Made by a program: the position numbers and the translations under genes. 25,025 nucleotides of DNA. Origin: a virus (taxonomy: Duplodnaviria > Caudoviricetes). How positions within the stretch are numbered: the first letter of the stretch is position 1; each line of letters opens with the position of its first letter. This document shows, piece after piece, positions 7,522-14,362 of this stretch. The notes beneath the pieces are model-generated. The model was not told the origin of the DNA. It worked only from the letters and a program-made list of their open reading frames with translations, and ran no database searches. Where the stretch lies: the IMG/VR virus record IMGVR_UViG_3300010362_000102, positions 1 through 25,025 of that record; one strand, given 5' to 3'.

Positions 7522-9356
7522 CTGGGTGGCTTCGGCGGCTGCTTCTTCGCGGTCTTCGCCGGCACCGGACGGCCGTACTTCTGCTTGTCCCGCATCGCCG
7601 ACGCGGTCAGCCTGGCCGAGGCGAGGGCGCTCCGGTCCTTCATCCTCATCGCCTCCTTGGTCCGCTTGTGGTCCCGGTTGGCCATCGTGTCCGCGAGCCG
7701 CATCTTCTCCTTCTCCCGGCCGTGCGCGGCGGTGGCGCTCTTGTCCTGGGCGGCCAGCAGCTCCAGCTGCCGCTGGTGCTGGGCCAGTGCGGCCGGATCC
7801 TCGGGCGGCGGAGCGTTCATCATCTGCTGCTGGGCCACCTCCTGCTGAGCCATCTCCGGGGTCGGCTGCTGGGCCTGCAGCTCGGCCTGCTCCGGGGTGT
7901 AGCCCTGGGCGGTCATCTCCGCCTTCTGCTGCATCCCGATCAGCTCCATCTGGCTCTGGCCGTATTCCATCGCCTGCTGCTGGGTGTACATGGCCCGCTT
8001 GTAGTCCACGTCCTCGTCGGTCATCTCCGGCAGCCGGGCGATCTCGCGCACGTACTTCTCCAGCTCCGGGTCCGGGAACCACTGCATCCCGGCACCACCG
8101 GTGGCCGAGATGAACGAGGCCAGCTGGGCCAGGTCCGGCGGGTCCACGTTGGTCGGCTCGAACCGGGGCAGCTGGTCCAGCTTCCAGCCGTTCACCGCGA
8201 ACAGCCGAGGCACCGCGTACCGGTTCAGAGTGTCCGCGATCGCCTTGGTGATCGCGTTCAGCGCGGCCCGGAAGATCCCGGTCTTGTCGGTGTGCAACGA
8301 GTAGCTGCCGGTCTGCTCGTGCCCGACCAGGATGAAGTCGGCCAGCACGCTCATCAGGATCCGCTGCTCGTAGCGCTGGATGATCGAGTTGGTGTCGAAC
8401 TGCCGGGTGCCCCCACTGCTCATCAGCTCGAAGTCGAACAGCGGCTGCTTAGTGTCCGGGTCGTACTGGACCGGCAGCACCAGACCCTCGTTCTCGTCCC
8501 GGCGCACCCCACGCACCATCTTCCGGAAGGCGTCCACGGTCTTCGCCTGCGGGGTGCCCTTCTGCGCGGTCAGGTAGTCCGCGGGCACCTTGCCCACCGG
8601 CATCCCGGCCAGGTCCCGCTCCACGCCGATCGCCTCGAACTCCTCCAGTCGCTTCTTGAAGTACCAGGACCGGTACGCGGTGCGGAGCAGGGACACGCCC
8701 TCCGGGTTGCCCTTGGCGATCGAGGTCCGGAACAGGACCGACTTCTCGATCGGGATCACCGTGGTCTGGTACCTCGGTGGCGCCATCTGCACCATCGCCC
8801 GGACCCCGCCGGTCTCGTCGAAGGACCAGCGCAGCATCGTCTCCTGAGCCCGGATCGGCATCTTCCGCCAGCCGATCAGCCCGTCCTCGTGCTTGCTCCG
8901 CTTCTTCGGATCCTTCTGCCAGGGGCCCAGCCGGCGCTTGTAGACGATCTCGTGCCAGCTCCAGCCGTACGGGAGCATGGACAGCACCTCGCCGATGAAG
9001 TCGTCCCAGGAGTGGCTCATGTCCTCCATGCAGCTCTCCAGGAACTCCTGGGCCAGCACCCCCTCCTCGGTCTGCTCGGCGGGCAGCACCTTCCACTCCA
9101 CCTCGCGGATCAGCTTGTCGATGCTGAACAGCAGCGCCCCGCACATCGAGTCGTTGGCGGACATCTCCCGGTAGACCCGGACCGCCTTGCGACCCCGGAG
9201 CGCGGGCAGGAACTCCTCGTCGACGTACCCGGAGACCCGCTTGACCCCGGTGACCCCGAGCTCGTCCATCGGGCCGACGCGCTGTGGGATCTCGTCCCCG
9301 GCGTTGTCCTCGTCCCAGGTGGAGATGTCGCCGGCAGGGAGCTTGATGTCTGCCAT
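7512..9356 (-). CDS. Portal protein (DUF935/Mu gp29-like), 614 aa, with a Gln-rich then basic C-terminal tail
   Basis: Immediately downstream of TerL. Motifs EEFLPALRG...VYREM, LSMLPYGWSWHEIVYK, GNPEGVSLLRTAYRSWYFKK..E..AIGVERDLAGMP and GSYSL are typical of this portal family. Confidence 0.88.
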   Translation of the reverse strand: MADIKLPAGDISTWDEDNAGDEIPQRVGPMDELGVTGVKRVSGYVDEEFLPALRGRKAVRVYREMSANDSMCGALLFSIDKLIREVEWKVLPAEQTEEGVLAQEFLESCMEDMSHSWDDFIGEVLSMLPYGWSWHEIVYKRRLGPWQKDPKKRSKHEDGLIGWRKMPIRAQETMLRWSFDETGGVRAMVQMAPPRYQTTVIPIEKSVLFRTSIAKGNPEGVSLLRTAYRSWYFKKRLEEFEAIGVERDLAGMPVGKVPADYLTAQKGTPQAKTVDAFRKMVRGVRRDENEGLVLPVQYDPDTKQPLFDFELMSSGGTRQFDTNSIIQRYEQRILMSVLADFILVGHEQTGSYSLHTDKTGIFRAALNAITKAIADTLNRYAVPRLFAVNGWKLDQLPRFEPTNVDPPDLAQLASFISATGGAGMQWFPDPELEKYVREIARLPEMTDEDVDYKRAMYTQQQAMEYGQSQMELIGMQQKAEMTAQGYTPEQAELQAQQPTPEMAQQEVAQQQMMNAPPPEDPAALAQHQRQLELLAAQDKSATAAHGREKEKMRLADTMANRDHKRTKEAMRMKDRSALASARLTASAMRDKQKYGRPVPAKTAKKQPPKPPRKG

Positions 9357-9457
9357 ATCTCCAGTCTCCCGTCGCTGTCACGCAGTGAGGCTGCCCGCCG
9401 CTCTCACCAGGTCACGACACATTGCCCTCGGCTCGCCAGTTCGTGACTCCCCGGAGG

Positions 9458-12346
9458 TCATACTGTCAGGTCCAACTCGTCCAGGGTCTGCTGCGACTTG
9501 TTCTCCACGCTGCCGACCACCCACTGCCCGGGCTTCCGCTTGGCGTCCTTGTTGTGCTTCATCTCGTCCTCGATCCAGGTCGGGTCGTTGTTCCCGGCCA
9601 GCACCACCGGGATCGCCGGCACCGCTCGCTTGGACACCGCCCGCCAGACCAACGCCATCGAGCACACCTCGTCCGGCAGATGGAACTCCTTGCCCCGGGA
9701 GTAGATCTGCTCCACCGAGCAGTTGTGCACCACGATCCCGTTGGCGAAGAACTCGTGGGCTCCCTCGACGGTGATGTCGTAGACCTTACGCACATCATCA
9801 GGAGGACTACAGTAAACAACGTGAGCGCTCGTGTAACCATCGACCGGCAGTACTTCCTGGACCGCGTGATCATCGACCAGAACGGATGCTGGCTGTGGCA
9901 GCTCTCCATAGACCGCCTGGGCTACGCCCGGATGCGACTGTGGAAGCAGCCCTCGCAGATCGCCCATCGAGTCGCCTACCGGACCATGGTCGGACCGATC
10001 ATCCACGAGCTCGATCACACATGCCGGGTCCGGCACTGCGTCAACCCCGACCACCTGGAGGATGTCACCCACGCCGAGAACGTCCGGCGCTCTGACATCG
10101 CGCTGGGGATCAGGTCCGAGAAGACCCACTGTCCGCTGAGCCATCCCTATGCCGGCGAGAATCTGGTGATCACCGAGGGCCGGCGACGGTGCCGCACCTG
10201 CATCTCGTACAAACGCCACATCGCCTACCTGAAGCGCCTCGGCCCGAACCCACCCGCGACCAGTCGCCACCGAATGGTCTGGGGTCAGGAGCAGTTCATG
10301 GCCATCGCACGTACGAAGGCGGCTGACCCGACGCTCACCGTTACACGTGGTACTGGTAACTTTCCGCCAGCCCTGACGAGTCATGGCATAGTCACCGACC
10401 TGGACTTGCTCAATCGGTACGTCGCCGCGAAGGGTCCATACGAGTGAGCCCTCGCTCACGCAGTACAGGTGGTTCTTGTAGAACACCGGGATCCGGGGCA
10501 CCCGCCACTTGTCGTTCTCCACGCTGGAGATGTACTCGGAGAGCATGTTGTCCCGCTGCGCGCCGGTCATCAGGAAGCCCCGGGCCCGCCGGTCCACGTA
10601 GTCCGCGACCACCGCGCCCAGCCCGGTGGCATCGTGGATGCCCTCCGCGTGGTAGGCCTTCATCAGGTCGTTGAACACCCCGATCATCACCGGGTAGGGG
10701 TGCCGGCGCATCCGGGTCCAGTGCACCACCTTGCACGGGAAGAAGGTGACATCGGCGACCGTGATCACCGTCCAGTCCACACTCTGCGCCCAGTCCGCGG
10801 CGATCACGTACTCCCGGTCCTGCTTCGGGTCCTCGAACCGGTAGTCCTGGCGCTCCTTGATCACCTTCTGCTTGATGGTGTCCTCGGGCAGGCTGAACAT
10901 CCGCTCCACCGAGGCGGTGTCGAAGGCGCGGTTCCCGATCGACGGCTCGCCCAGGTCGTACTCGACCCGCCACATCTCGGCCGGGATCTCCAGTCGCTTC
11001 TGGGCGATGGTCTCCTCATCCAGCCAGCCGTCCACAGGATTTGCGGTGTCTTTGTAGCAGTTGTGTACCACCACGCCCTCGGCCACGAACTCGTGCGCGC
11101 CTTCCACACCGAGGTCCCAGACCGGGGTAAGTTCGTATCCGTGTTCACCAACTGCATCGACTGGCCGGGTACCAAACGAAACGGCTACGGCCTCAAGCAC
11201 ATCACCGAGCGGAACGGTCCAGCCAACACCTCCACCAACGCACATCTGTGGGTGTGGGAGCGAGTCGTAGGCCCAGTCCCCGAGGGCCTCCAGAGTGACC
11301 ACCTGTGCCGGAACCGTGGCTGCGTGAACCCGGAGCACATCGAGTTTGTGACCCCATCCGTCAACAAGGCGCGCGCGTGGCTGTTCCAGGAGCGCAAGAT
11401 CTCCTGCGGGAAGGGACACGAGTTCACTCCGGAGAACACCTGGATCCGTCCCGGGCGCGGTCACCGCGTGTGCCGCCAGTGCAACGGCATGCGCCCAGCC
11501 ATCGGGGACGGCCACCTGGTGATCGGGGGTGAGACGAAGGAGTCGCTTACCGATCCGGAGCGTGAGCGTCTGTTTCTCACCCATGAAGGTGACGTGCTGC
11601 ACTGGACGCCAGCCCTGGCGCGTGAGTACGAAGTCCGCATCCGTGACTTCCTCGACCGGAACTTCACCCCGCGCCGTCAGAACGTGAGTGCCTGATGCGA
11701 CGCACCACCGGAAGATCTTCTCGTCCCGCTCCATGAACCGCTCCTGGACCACCGCGAATGTCTTGTCCGGGTACTGCCAGGTGGAGGTCATCGCGGTCAT
11801 CGGCTGGATCTTCTGGCCCTGCCAGTTCTCCTGCGGCATCGGCTGGCCCAGCGAGGCGTCGAAGATGGCCAGGTCCATCTCGTCGATCTCGTCCAGCAGC
11901 AGGCTCGGCGGGTGCGGACCGCGGACCGTCTTCTGGGACGCGGTCAGCGGCATGATGATCGCCTTGTTGGTGAGTCTGATCCGGGTCGCGGTCTCCTCCC
12001 GGATCAGGTACTTCGGGGCGTGCTCGGACTCCCAGGCGTTGCGCATCGTGTTGTGGATGTTGATCGACTGGTTCAGCGAGCCGCCGACGATGTTCACATC
12101 CGAGCCCAGCACCGCGGCCTTGGTCAGCCCCAGGATGGACATCAGCCGGCTCTTCCCGGACAGGCCCCGGGAGCCGTGCATCAGGATCGACGGCATCCGG
12201 TTGAAGTAAGCCGCGGCGAAGGCGTCGAACGGGGCGTCATGGTCGCTGCACACCTTGTGCCGGGGGATGGTGATCCCCCACAGGGTCCGGACCAGGTGGT
12301 AGAGCTCGGAGTCGGTCCTAGGGCCGCGGTCCAGGATGATGCTCAC
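9458..12346 (-). CDS. terL: Terminase large subunit precursor (962 aa) with two inteins; predicted spliced product 500 aa
   Basis: Walker A-like GSRGLSGKS, Walker B LLLDEID, motif III-like MTST, and nuclease motifs VIAADWA, HDATGLG and HLPDEVCSMA. Sits upstream of the portal. 962-215-247=500 aa of extein. Confidence 0.92.
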   Translation of the reverse strand: MSIILDRGPRTDSELYHLVRTLWGITIPRHKVCSDHDAPFDAFAAAYFNRMPSILMHGSRGLSGKSRLMSILGLTKAAVLGSDVNIVGGSLNQSINIHNTMRNAWESEHAPKYLIREETATRIRLTNKAIIMPLTASQKTVRGPHPPSLLLDEIDEMDLAIFDASLGQPMPQENWQGQKIQPMTAMTSTWQYPDKTFAVVQERFMERDEKIFRWCVASGTHVLTARGEVPVEEVTDADFVLTRQGWRPVQHVTFMGEKQTLTLRIGKRLLRLTPDHQVAVPDGWAHAVALAAHAVTAPGTDPGVLRSELVSLPAGDLALLEQPRARLVDGWGHKLDVLRVHAATVPAQVVTLEALGDWAYDSLPHPQMCVGGGVGWTVPLGDVLEAVAVSFGTRPVDAVGEHGYELTPVWDLGVEGAHEFVAEGVVVHNCYKDTANPVDGWLDEETIAQKRLEIPAEMWRVEYDLGEPSIGNRAFDTASVERMFSLPEDTIKQKVIKERQDYRFEDPKQDREYVIAADWAQSVDWTVITVADVTFFPCKVVHWTRMRRHPYPVMIGVFNDLMKAYHAEGIHDATGLGAVVADYVDRRARGFLMTGAQRDNMLSEYISSVENDKWRVPRIPVFYKNHLYCVSEGSLVWTLRGDVPIEQVQVGDYAMTRQGWRKVTSTTCNGERRVSRLRTCDGHELLLTPDHSVATGRGWVRAEALQVGDVAFVRDAGAAPSPALGDHQILAGIGMAQRTVGLLGPDPQRDVRAPDVLGVGDILQVVGVDAVPDPACVIELVDDRSDHGPVGDSMGDLRGLLPQSHPGVAQAVYGELPQPASVLVDDHAVQEVLPVDGYTSAHVVYCSPPDDVRKVYDITVEGAHEFFANGIVVHNCSVEQIYSRGKEFHLPDEVCSMALVWRAVSKRAVPAIPVVLAGNNDPTWIEDEMKHNKDAKRKPGQWVVGSVENKSQQTLDELDLTV
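9808..9813 (+). promoter_or_regulatory. Putative -10 element TACAGT for the antisense HNH of intein 2 (7 nt before GTG)
   Basis: ggaggac TACAGT aaacaac GTG(9821), in an AT-rich patch. An AGGAGG at 9800-9805 also lies upstream but is 15 nt from the GTG. Confidence 0.55.
9821..10447 (+). CDS. HNH homing endonuclease encoded antisense within intein 2 (208 aa from GTG 9821)
   Basis: GCWLWQ...GYA...AHRVAY...ELDHTCRVRHCVNPDHLEDVTHAEN (HNH_3-type) plus KTHCPLSHPY..EN...RRRCRTC (Zn-binding module). This is the 3' part of track ORF 9422..10447; the start choice is inferred. Confidence 0.85.
   Translation: MSARVTIDRQYFLDRVIIDQNGCWLWQLSIDRLGYARMRLWKQPSQIAHRVAYRTMVGPIIHELDHTCRVRHCVNPDHLEDVTHAENVRRSDIALGIRSEKTHCPLSHPYAGENLVITEGRRRCRTCISYKRHIAYLKRLGPNPPATSRHRMVWGQEQFMAIARTKAADPTLTVTRGTGNFPPALTSHGIVTDLDLLNRYVAAKGPYE
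11128..11133 (+). promoter_or_regulatory. Putative -10 element TAAGTT for the antisense HNH of intein 1 (7 nt before GTG)
   Basis: gggg TAAGTT cgtatcc GTG(11141). No Shine-Dalgarno, and the same geometry as in intein 2. Confidence 0.55.
11141..11695 (+). CDS. HNH homing endonuclease encoded antisense within intein 1 (184 aa from GTG 11141)
   Basis: NCIDWPGTKRNGYG...AHLWVWERVVGPVPEGLQSDHLCRNRGCVNPEHIEFVTPSVN plus [13 protein letters not shown]...RVCRQC. This is the 3' part of track ORF 10469..11695; the start choice is inferred. Confidence 0.85.
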   Translation: MFTNCIDWPGTKRNGYGLKHITERNGPANTSTNAHLWVWERVVGPVPEGLQSDHLCRNRGCVNPEHIEFVTPSVNKARAWLFQERKISCGKGHEFTPENTWIRPGRGHRVCRQCNGMRPAIGDGHLVIGGETKESLTDPERERLFLTHEGDVLHWTPALAREYEVRIRDFLDRNFTPRRQNVSA

Positions 12347-12626
12347 CGATCAGCTCCTTCAGGCTGTGCCCGGTCGGATGCCAGGGCACCATCACCCGGA
12401 AGCTGCCGGCCGGCGTCTGGACCAGGTAGTGCCAGCCACCGTAGTCGGTGGCGGTCACCTCGGCCACGAAGGAGCCGTCCGAGCTGAGCCGCACCGTCGG
12501 AGCCAGGGTGGCCCAGCAGGTCCCGTCCTGGACCAGCCAGAGCCGCTCCGGGACGAACCGGACCAGTCCTGCCACCGGTCGTCCCTGGCAGACGAAGGAT
12601 CCGGTGACCGTGCAGGACTGGAGCAT
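12318..12626 (-). CDS. Hypothetical protein (102 aa), beta-rich, reminiscent of N-terminal domains of actinophage tail-spike/minor tail proteins
   Basis: Fills the gap between holin and TerL with tight spacing. Pattern TVTGSF...G.VRFVP...L..DGSF...VTATD..W.Y.V; the resemblance is by eye only. Confidence 0.6.
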   Translation of the reverse strand: MLQSCTVTGSFVCQGRPVAGLVRFVPERLWLVQDGTCWATLAPTVRLSSDGSFVAEVTATDYGGWHYLVQTPAGSFRVMVPWHPTGHSLKELIGEHHPGPRP

Positions 12627-12628
12627 GG

Positions 12629-12853
12629 CTACTCGACCGGCTCCACCGGTGTCTCACTGGGTGCTTTGTCCACCGGAGTCACGAACATCCGGGCCAGGAT
12701 GGCCAGCACCACCGCGGTGATCGCCATGATCGAGCCGACCTGCTCGTCGCTCAGGGACACCCCGAAGGCCAGCAGCAGCCCCAGCACCGCCTGCACCAGA
12801 CCGGTGATCAGCACCGGCTCGTTCTTGATCATGTTGCCCGTGAAAACGCTCAT
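12629..12853 (-). CDS. Holin (74 aa, two transmembrane segments)
   Basis: EPVLITGLVQAVLGLLLAFGV and IMAITAVVLAILAR..VTP. Directly follows the endolysin. Confidence 0.8.
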   Translation of the reverse strand: MSVFTGNMIKNEPVLITGLVQAVLGLLLAFGVSLSDEQVGSIMAITAVVLAILARMFVTPVDKAPSETPVEPVE

Positions 12854-12882
12854 CTGCGTTCACCCATGCTCATCACTCCTCC

Positions 12883-13422
12883 TCAGGAGTCGATGACCCT
12901 CTTCGCCCCCGGATTGTCGGCCAGGATCCGCCGACCGCGCGGGGTCTTGCACAGCTCCCGAGCCTTCTTCTCCACCTGCCGCAGCGGCCGGTCCAGCTCC
13001 CAGTGCATGGCGTCCGGCCGGCCGGAGTAGTCCCCGCCCCAGCGGATGCACCCGGTGTACATCTTCAGCCGGTTGTGGATCCGGATGATCTCCGCCCGGG
13101 AGAAGGTGTTCCTGGTGGGCACCCCCATCGGGTGCTTGGTCGCGTTCAGGTCGATTGCGGTGCCGGAGGCGTGGTTGCTGATCGTCGAGGAGCCCCGGAT
13201 CGGCCGGGCCGCCCAGCCCCAGTCGTCCCAGGTCTTCTCGTTGTCCAGGTCCTCGACCTCCTCGGAGAACCACAGCGCCAGGTGGATCAGTAGGAACCCG
13301 CCGGATCCGTCCCGGGCCAGCAGGTGCCGCTTCACCTGCGGGATCTCCCACTTCCGGAGCCGAGGCAACGGACCGGTGGTGCCGCTGTCCAGCACCGGGT
13401 AGCCGTTGGCTGAGTTGACCAT
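12883..13422 (-). CDS. Endolysin, M15-family Zn peptidase (179 aa)
   Basis: SNHASGTAIDLN (SxHxxGxAxD) and RWGGDYSGRPDAMHWE motifs. The real start is most likely ATG 13422 (MVNSANGYPV), which overlaps the upstream TGA; the longer track ORF from 13914 overlaps another gene. Confidence 0.88.
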   Translation of the reverse strand: MVNSANGYPVLDSGTTGPLPRLRKWEIPQVKRHLLARDGSGGFLLIHLALWFSEEVEDLDNEKTWDDWGWAARPIRGSSTISNHASGTAIDLNATKHPMGVPTRNTFSRAEIIRIHNRLKMYTGCIRWGGDYSGRPDAMHWELDRPLRQVEKKARELCKTPRGRRILADNPGAKRVIDS

Positions 13423-13994
13423 CAGAACCTCTTCAGGGTCTCTCGGATCCGGGCCCGGTCCCGCTTCAGGGCGTTCACCAGCCGGGTGTTGCCCTTGTTG
13501 TCCTTGATCGCCTGGTCCAGCCGGTCCACCGCCTTGCGGATGTTGACCTCCTTGGGCTTCGGCGGCTTCCGGTCCGGCATGTCCAGGACCACCCCGTTCA
13601 GCCAGGTGGCCGCGAACTGGAACTCGTCGCCCCAGTGCGCCGGGAAGAAGCTCATCGGGGTCAGGCTGACCATCCCCGGACCGGCCACGTCGTTGGTCCA
13701 GCACATCAGCTGGCCGGCTTTGTTCCGGCCCTGCACGGTGACGATGTGCCCGTACGGGTTGGAGTCGTTCGGGTCGTCGAAGTAGGCGACCATGCCCCGC
13801 TTCACGTCCTTCAGGTCGTGCACCCGGTACTTCGCCGGGGTGGCGTGCTGGGCGGAGACCGCGCTCGGATACATCGAGCCGATGTTCCGGGCGCTCCGGC
13901 ACAGCTTCAGGCACAGACCGCGCCAGGCGGAGGTGTTGGAGCGGTCCTGAGCCCGCAGCCAGGTGTTCGTCTCCAGGGTGCTACGTTGCGTCAT
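13422..13994 (-). CDS. Second peptidoglycan hydrolase, CHAP/NlpC-P60-like Cys peptidase (190 aa)
   Basis: WRGLCLKLCRSA (candidate catalytic Cys) and GMVAYF...PYGHIV (His), then WTND. Located in the lysis cassette. Confidence 0.7.
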   Translation of the reverse strand: MTQRSTLETNTWLRAQDRSNTSAWRGLCLKLCRSARNIGSMYPSAVSAQHATPAKYRVHDLKDVKRGMVAYFDDPNDSNPYGHIVTVQGRNKAGQLMCWTNDVAGPGMVSLTPMSFFPAHWGDEFQFAATWLNGVVLDMPDRKPPKPKEVNIRKAVDRLDQAIKDNKGNTRLVNALKRDRARIRETLKRF

Positions 13995-14130
13995 CGCCCT
14001 GGTCCTCGGGCTGGTCCTGGTAGTCGTCGCCAGCGGCCTGCGGGACCTTGGGCACCGAGATCTCCGGATCCGGGTCGACCACCCCGACCTCGTCGAGCTC
14101 GGCCAGCTCCTCCGGGGTCGGCTCGGTCAC
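13981..14130 (-). CDS. Small acidic hypothetical protein (49 aa)
   Basis: Below the track cutoff. GTG 14130 overlaps the upstream stop (GTGA). Sequence MTEPTPEELAELDEVGVVDPDPEISVPKVPQAAGDDYQDQPEDQGDDAT*, with GC-rich third positions. Confidence 0.6.
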   Translation of the reverse strand: MTEPTPEELAELDEVGVVDPDPEISVPKVPQAAGDDYQDQPEDQGDDAT

Positions 14131-14336
14131 GAGGACTCCTCGTCCTCGGCGCTGCCGGCCTCCTCGGACTCGTCCTCGCCCTCGTCGGTCAGCGAGTCCA
14201 CCTTACCGCCGGCGAACGCCGCGGCCCGCTCCGCGTCCACCTCGGGTTCGGGGTACATGATCTGTCCGGGCACACCCGCGCTGTCCTCGTTCTCTTCGGT
14301 CTCTTCGACGGTCTCTTCGATCTCGTTCTCGGTCAT
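14127..14336 (-). CDS. Small very acidic hypothetical protein (69 aa)
   Basis: ATG 14336, MTENEIEETVEETEENEDSAG...EDEESS*. This is the 3' part of track ORF 14127..14783 and is preceded by the repeated promoter-like motif. Confidence 0.7.
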   Translation of the reverse strand: MTENEIEETVEETEENEDSAGVPGQIMYPEPEVDAERAAAFAGGKVDSLTDEGEDESEEAGSAEDEESS

Positions 14337-14342
14337 GTCTCC

Positions 14343-14361
14343 ATCCTCACCACTCTGGCTA
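14343..14361 (-). promoter_or_regulatory. Promoter-like motif TAGC-N9-GAGGAT, 6 nt before the ATG
   Basis: TAGC cagagtggt GAGGAT ggagac ATG. Here the TAG is not the upstream stop codon (that is TGA at 14363-14365). Confidence 0.55.
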
Positions 14362-14362
14362 G

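Larger units (their letters stand above)
9722..10462 (-). mobile_element. Intein 2 in TerL (247 aa, residues 629-875)
   Basis: HLY|CVSEGSLVWTLRGDVPIEQVQVGD (block A), LTPDH (block B TxxH), VYDITVEGAHEFFANGIVVHN|CS (blocks F/G, +1 Cys). No LAGLIDADG or HNH motif in the intein frame. Confidence 0.93.
11060..11704 (-). mobile_element. Intein 1 in TerL (215 aa, residues 215-429)
   Basis: FRW|CVASGTHVLTARGEVPVEEV (block A), LTPDH (block B), VWDLGVEGAHEFVAEGVVVHN|CY (blocks F/G, +1 Cys). No in-frame endonuclease motif. Confidence 0.93.

Noticed and set aside
3885-9446. 1853-aa plus-strand ORF
   Set aside because: It is the codon-aligned antisense shadow of the portal and neighbouring genes, rich in L/V/G/H/R with no domain motifs. 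Such shadows are expected in GC-rich DNA, unlike the intein antisense ORFs, which contain full HNH motifs.
9357-9457. Intergenic region between terL and portal with a short inverted repeat (gtcacga 9411-9417 / tcgtgac 9441-9447)
   Set aside because: The arms are only 7 bp with a long loop and no U-tract, too weak to call a terminator or ncRNA.
9422-9820. Upstream extension of the intein-2 HNH ORF given by the track
   Set aside because: It is antisense of the TerL C-extein and the intein C-terminal block. HNH-like sequence begins only at about GTG 9821.
10469-11140. Upstream extension of the intein-1 HNH ORF given by the track
   Set aside because: It is antisense of the middle extein, a shadow sequence with no motifs. 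The plausible start is GTG 11141.
13423-13914. N-terminal 164 aa of track ORF 12883..13914
   Set aside because: It overlaps the CHAP-like gene in another frame and reads as off-frame text. The M15 lysin starts at the coupled ATG 13422.
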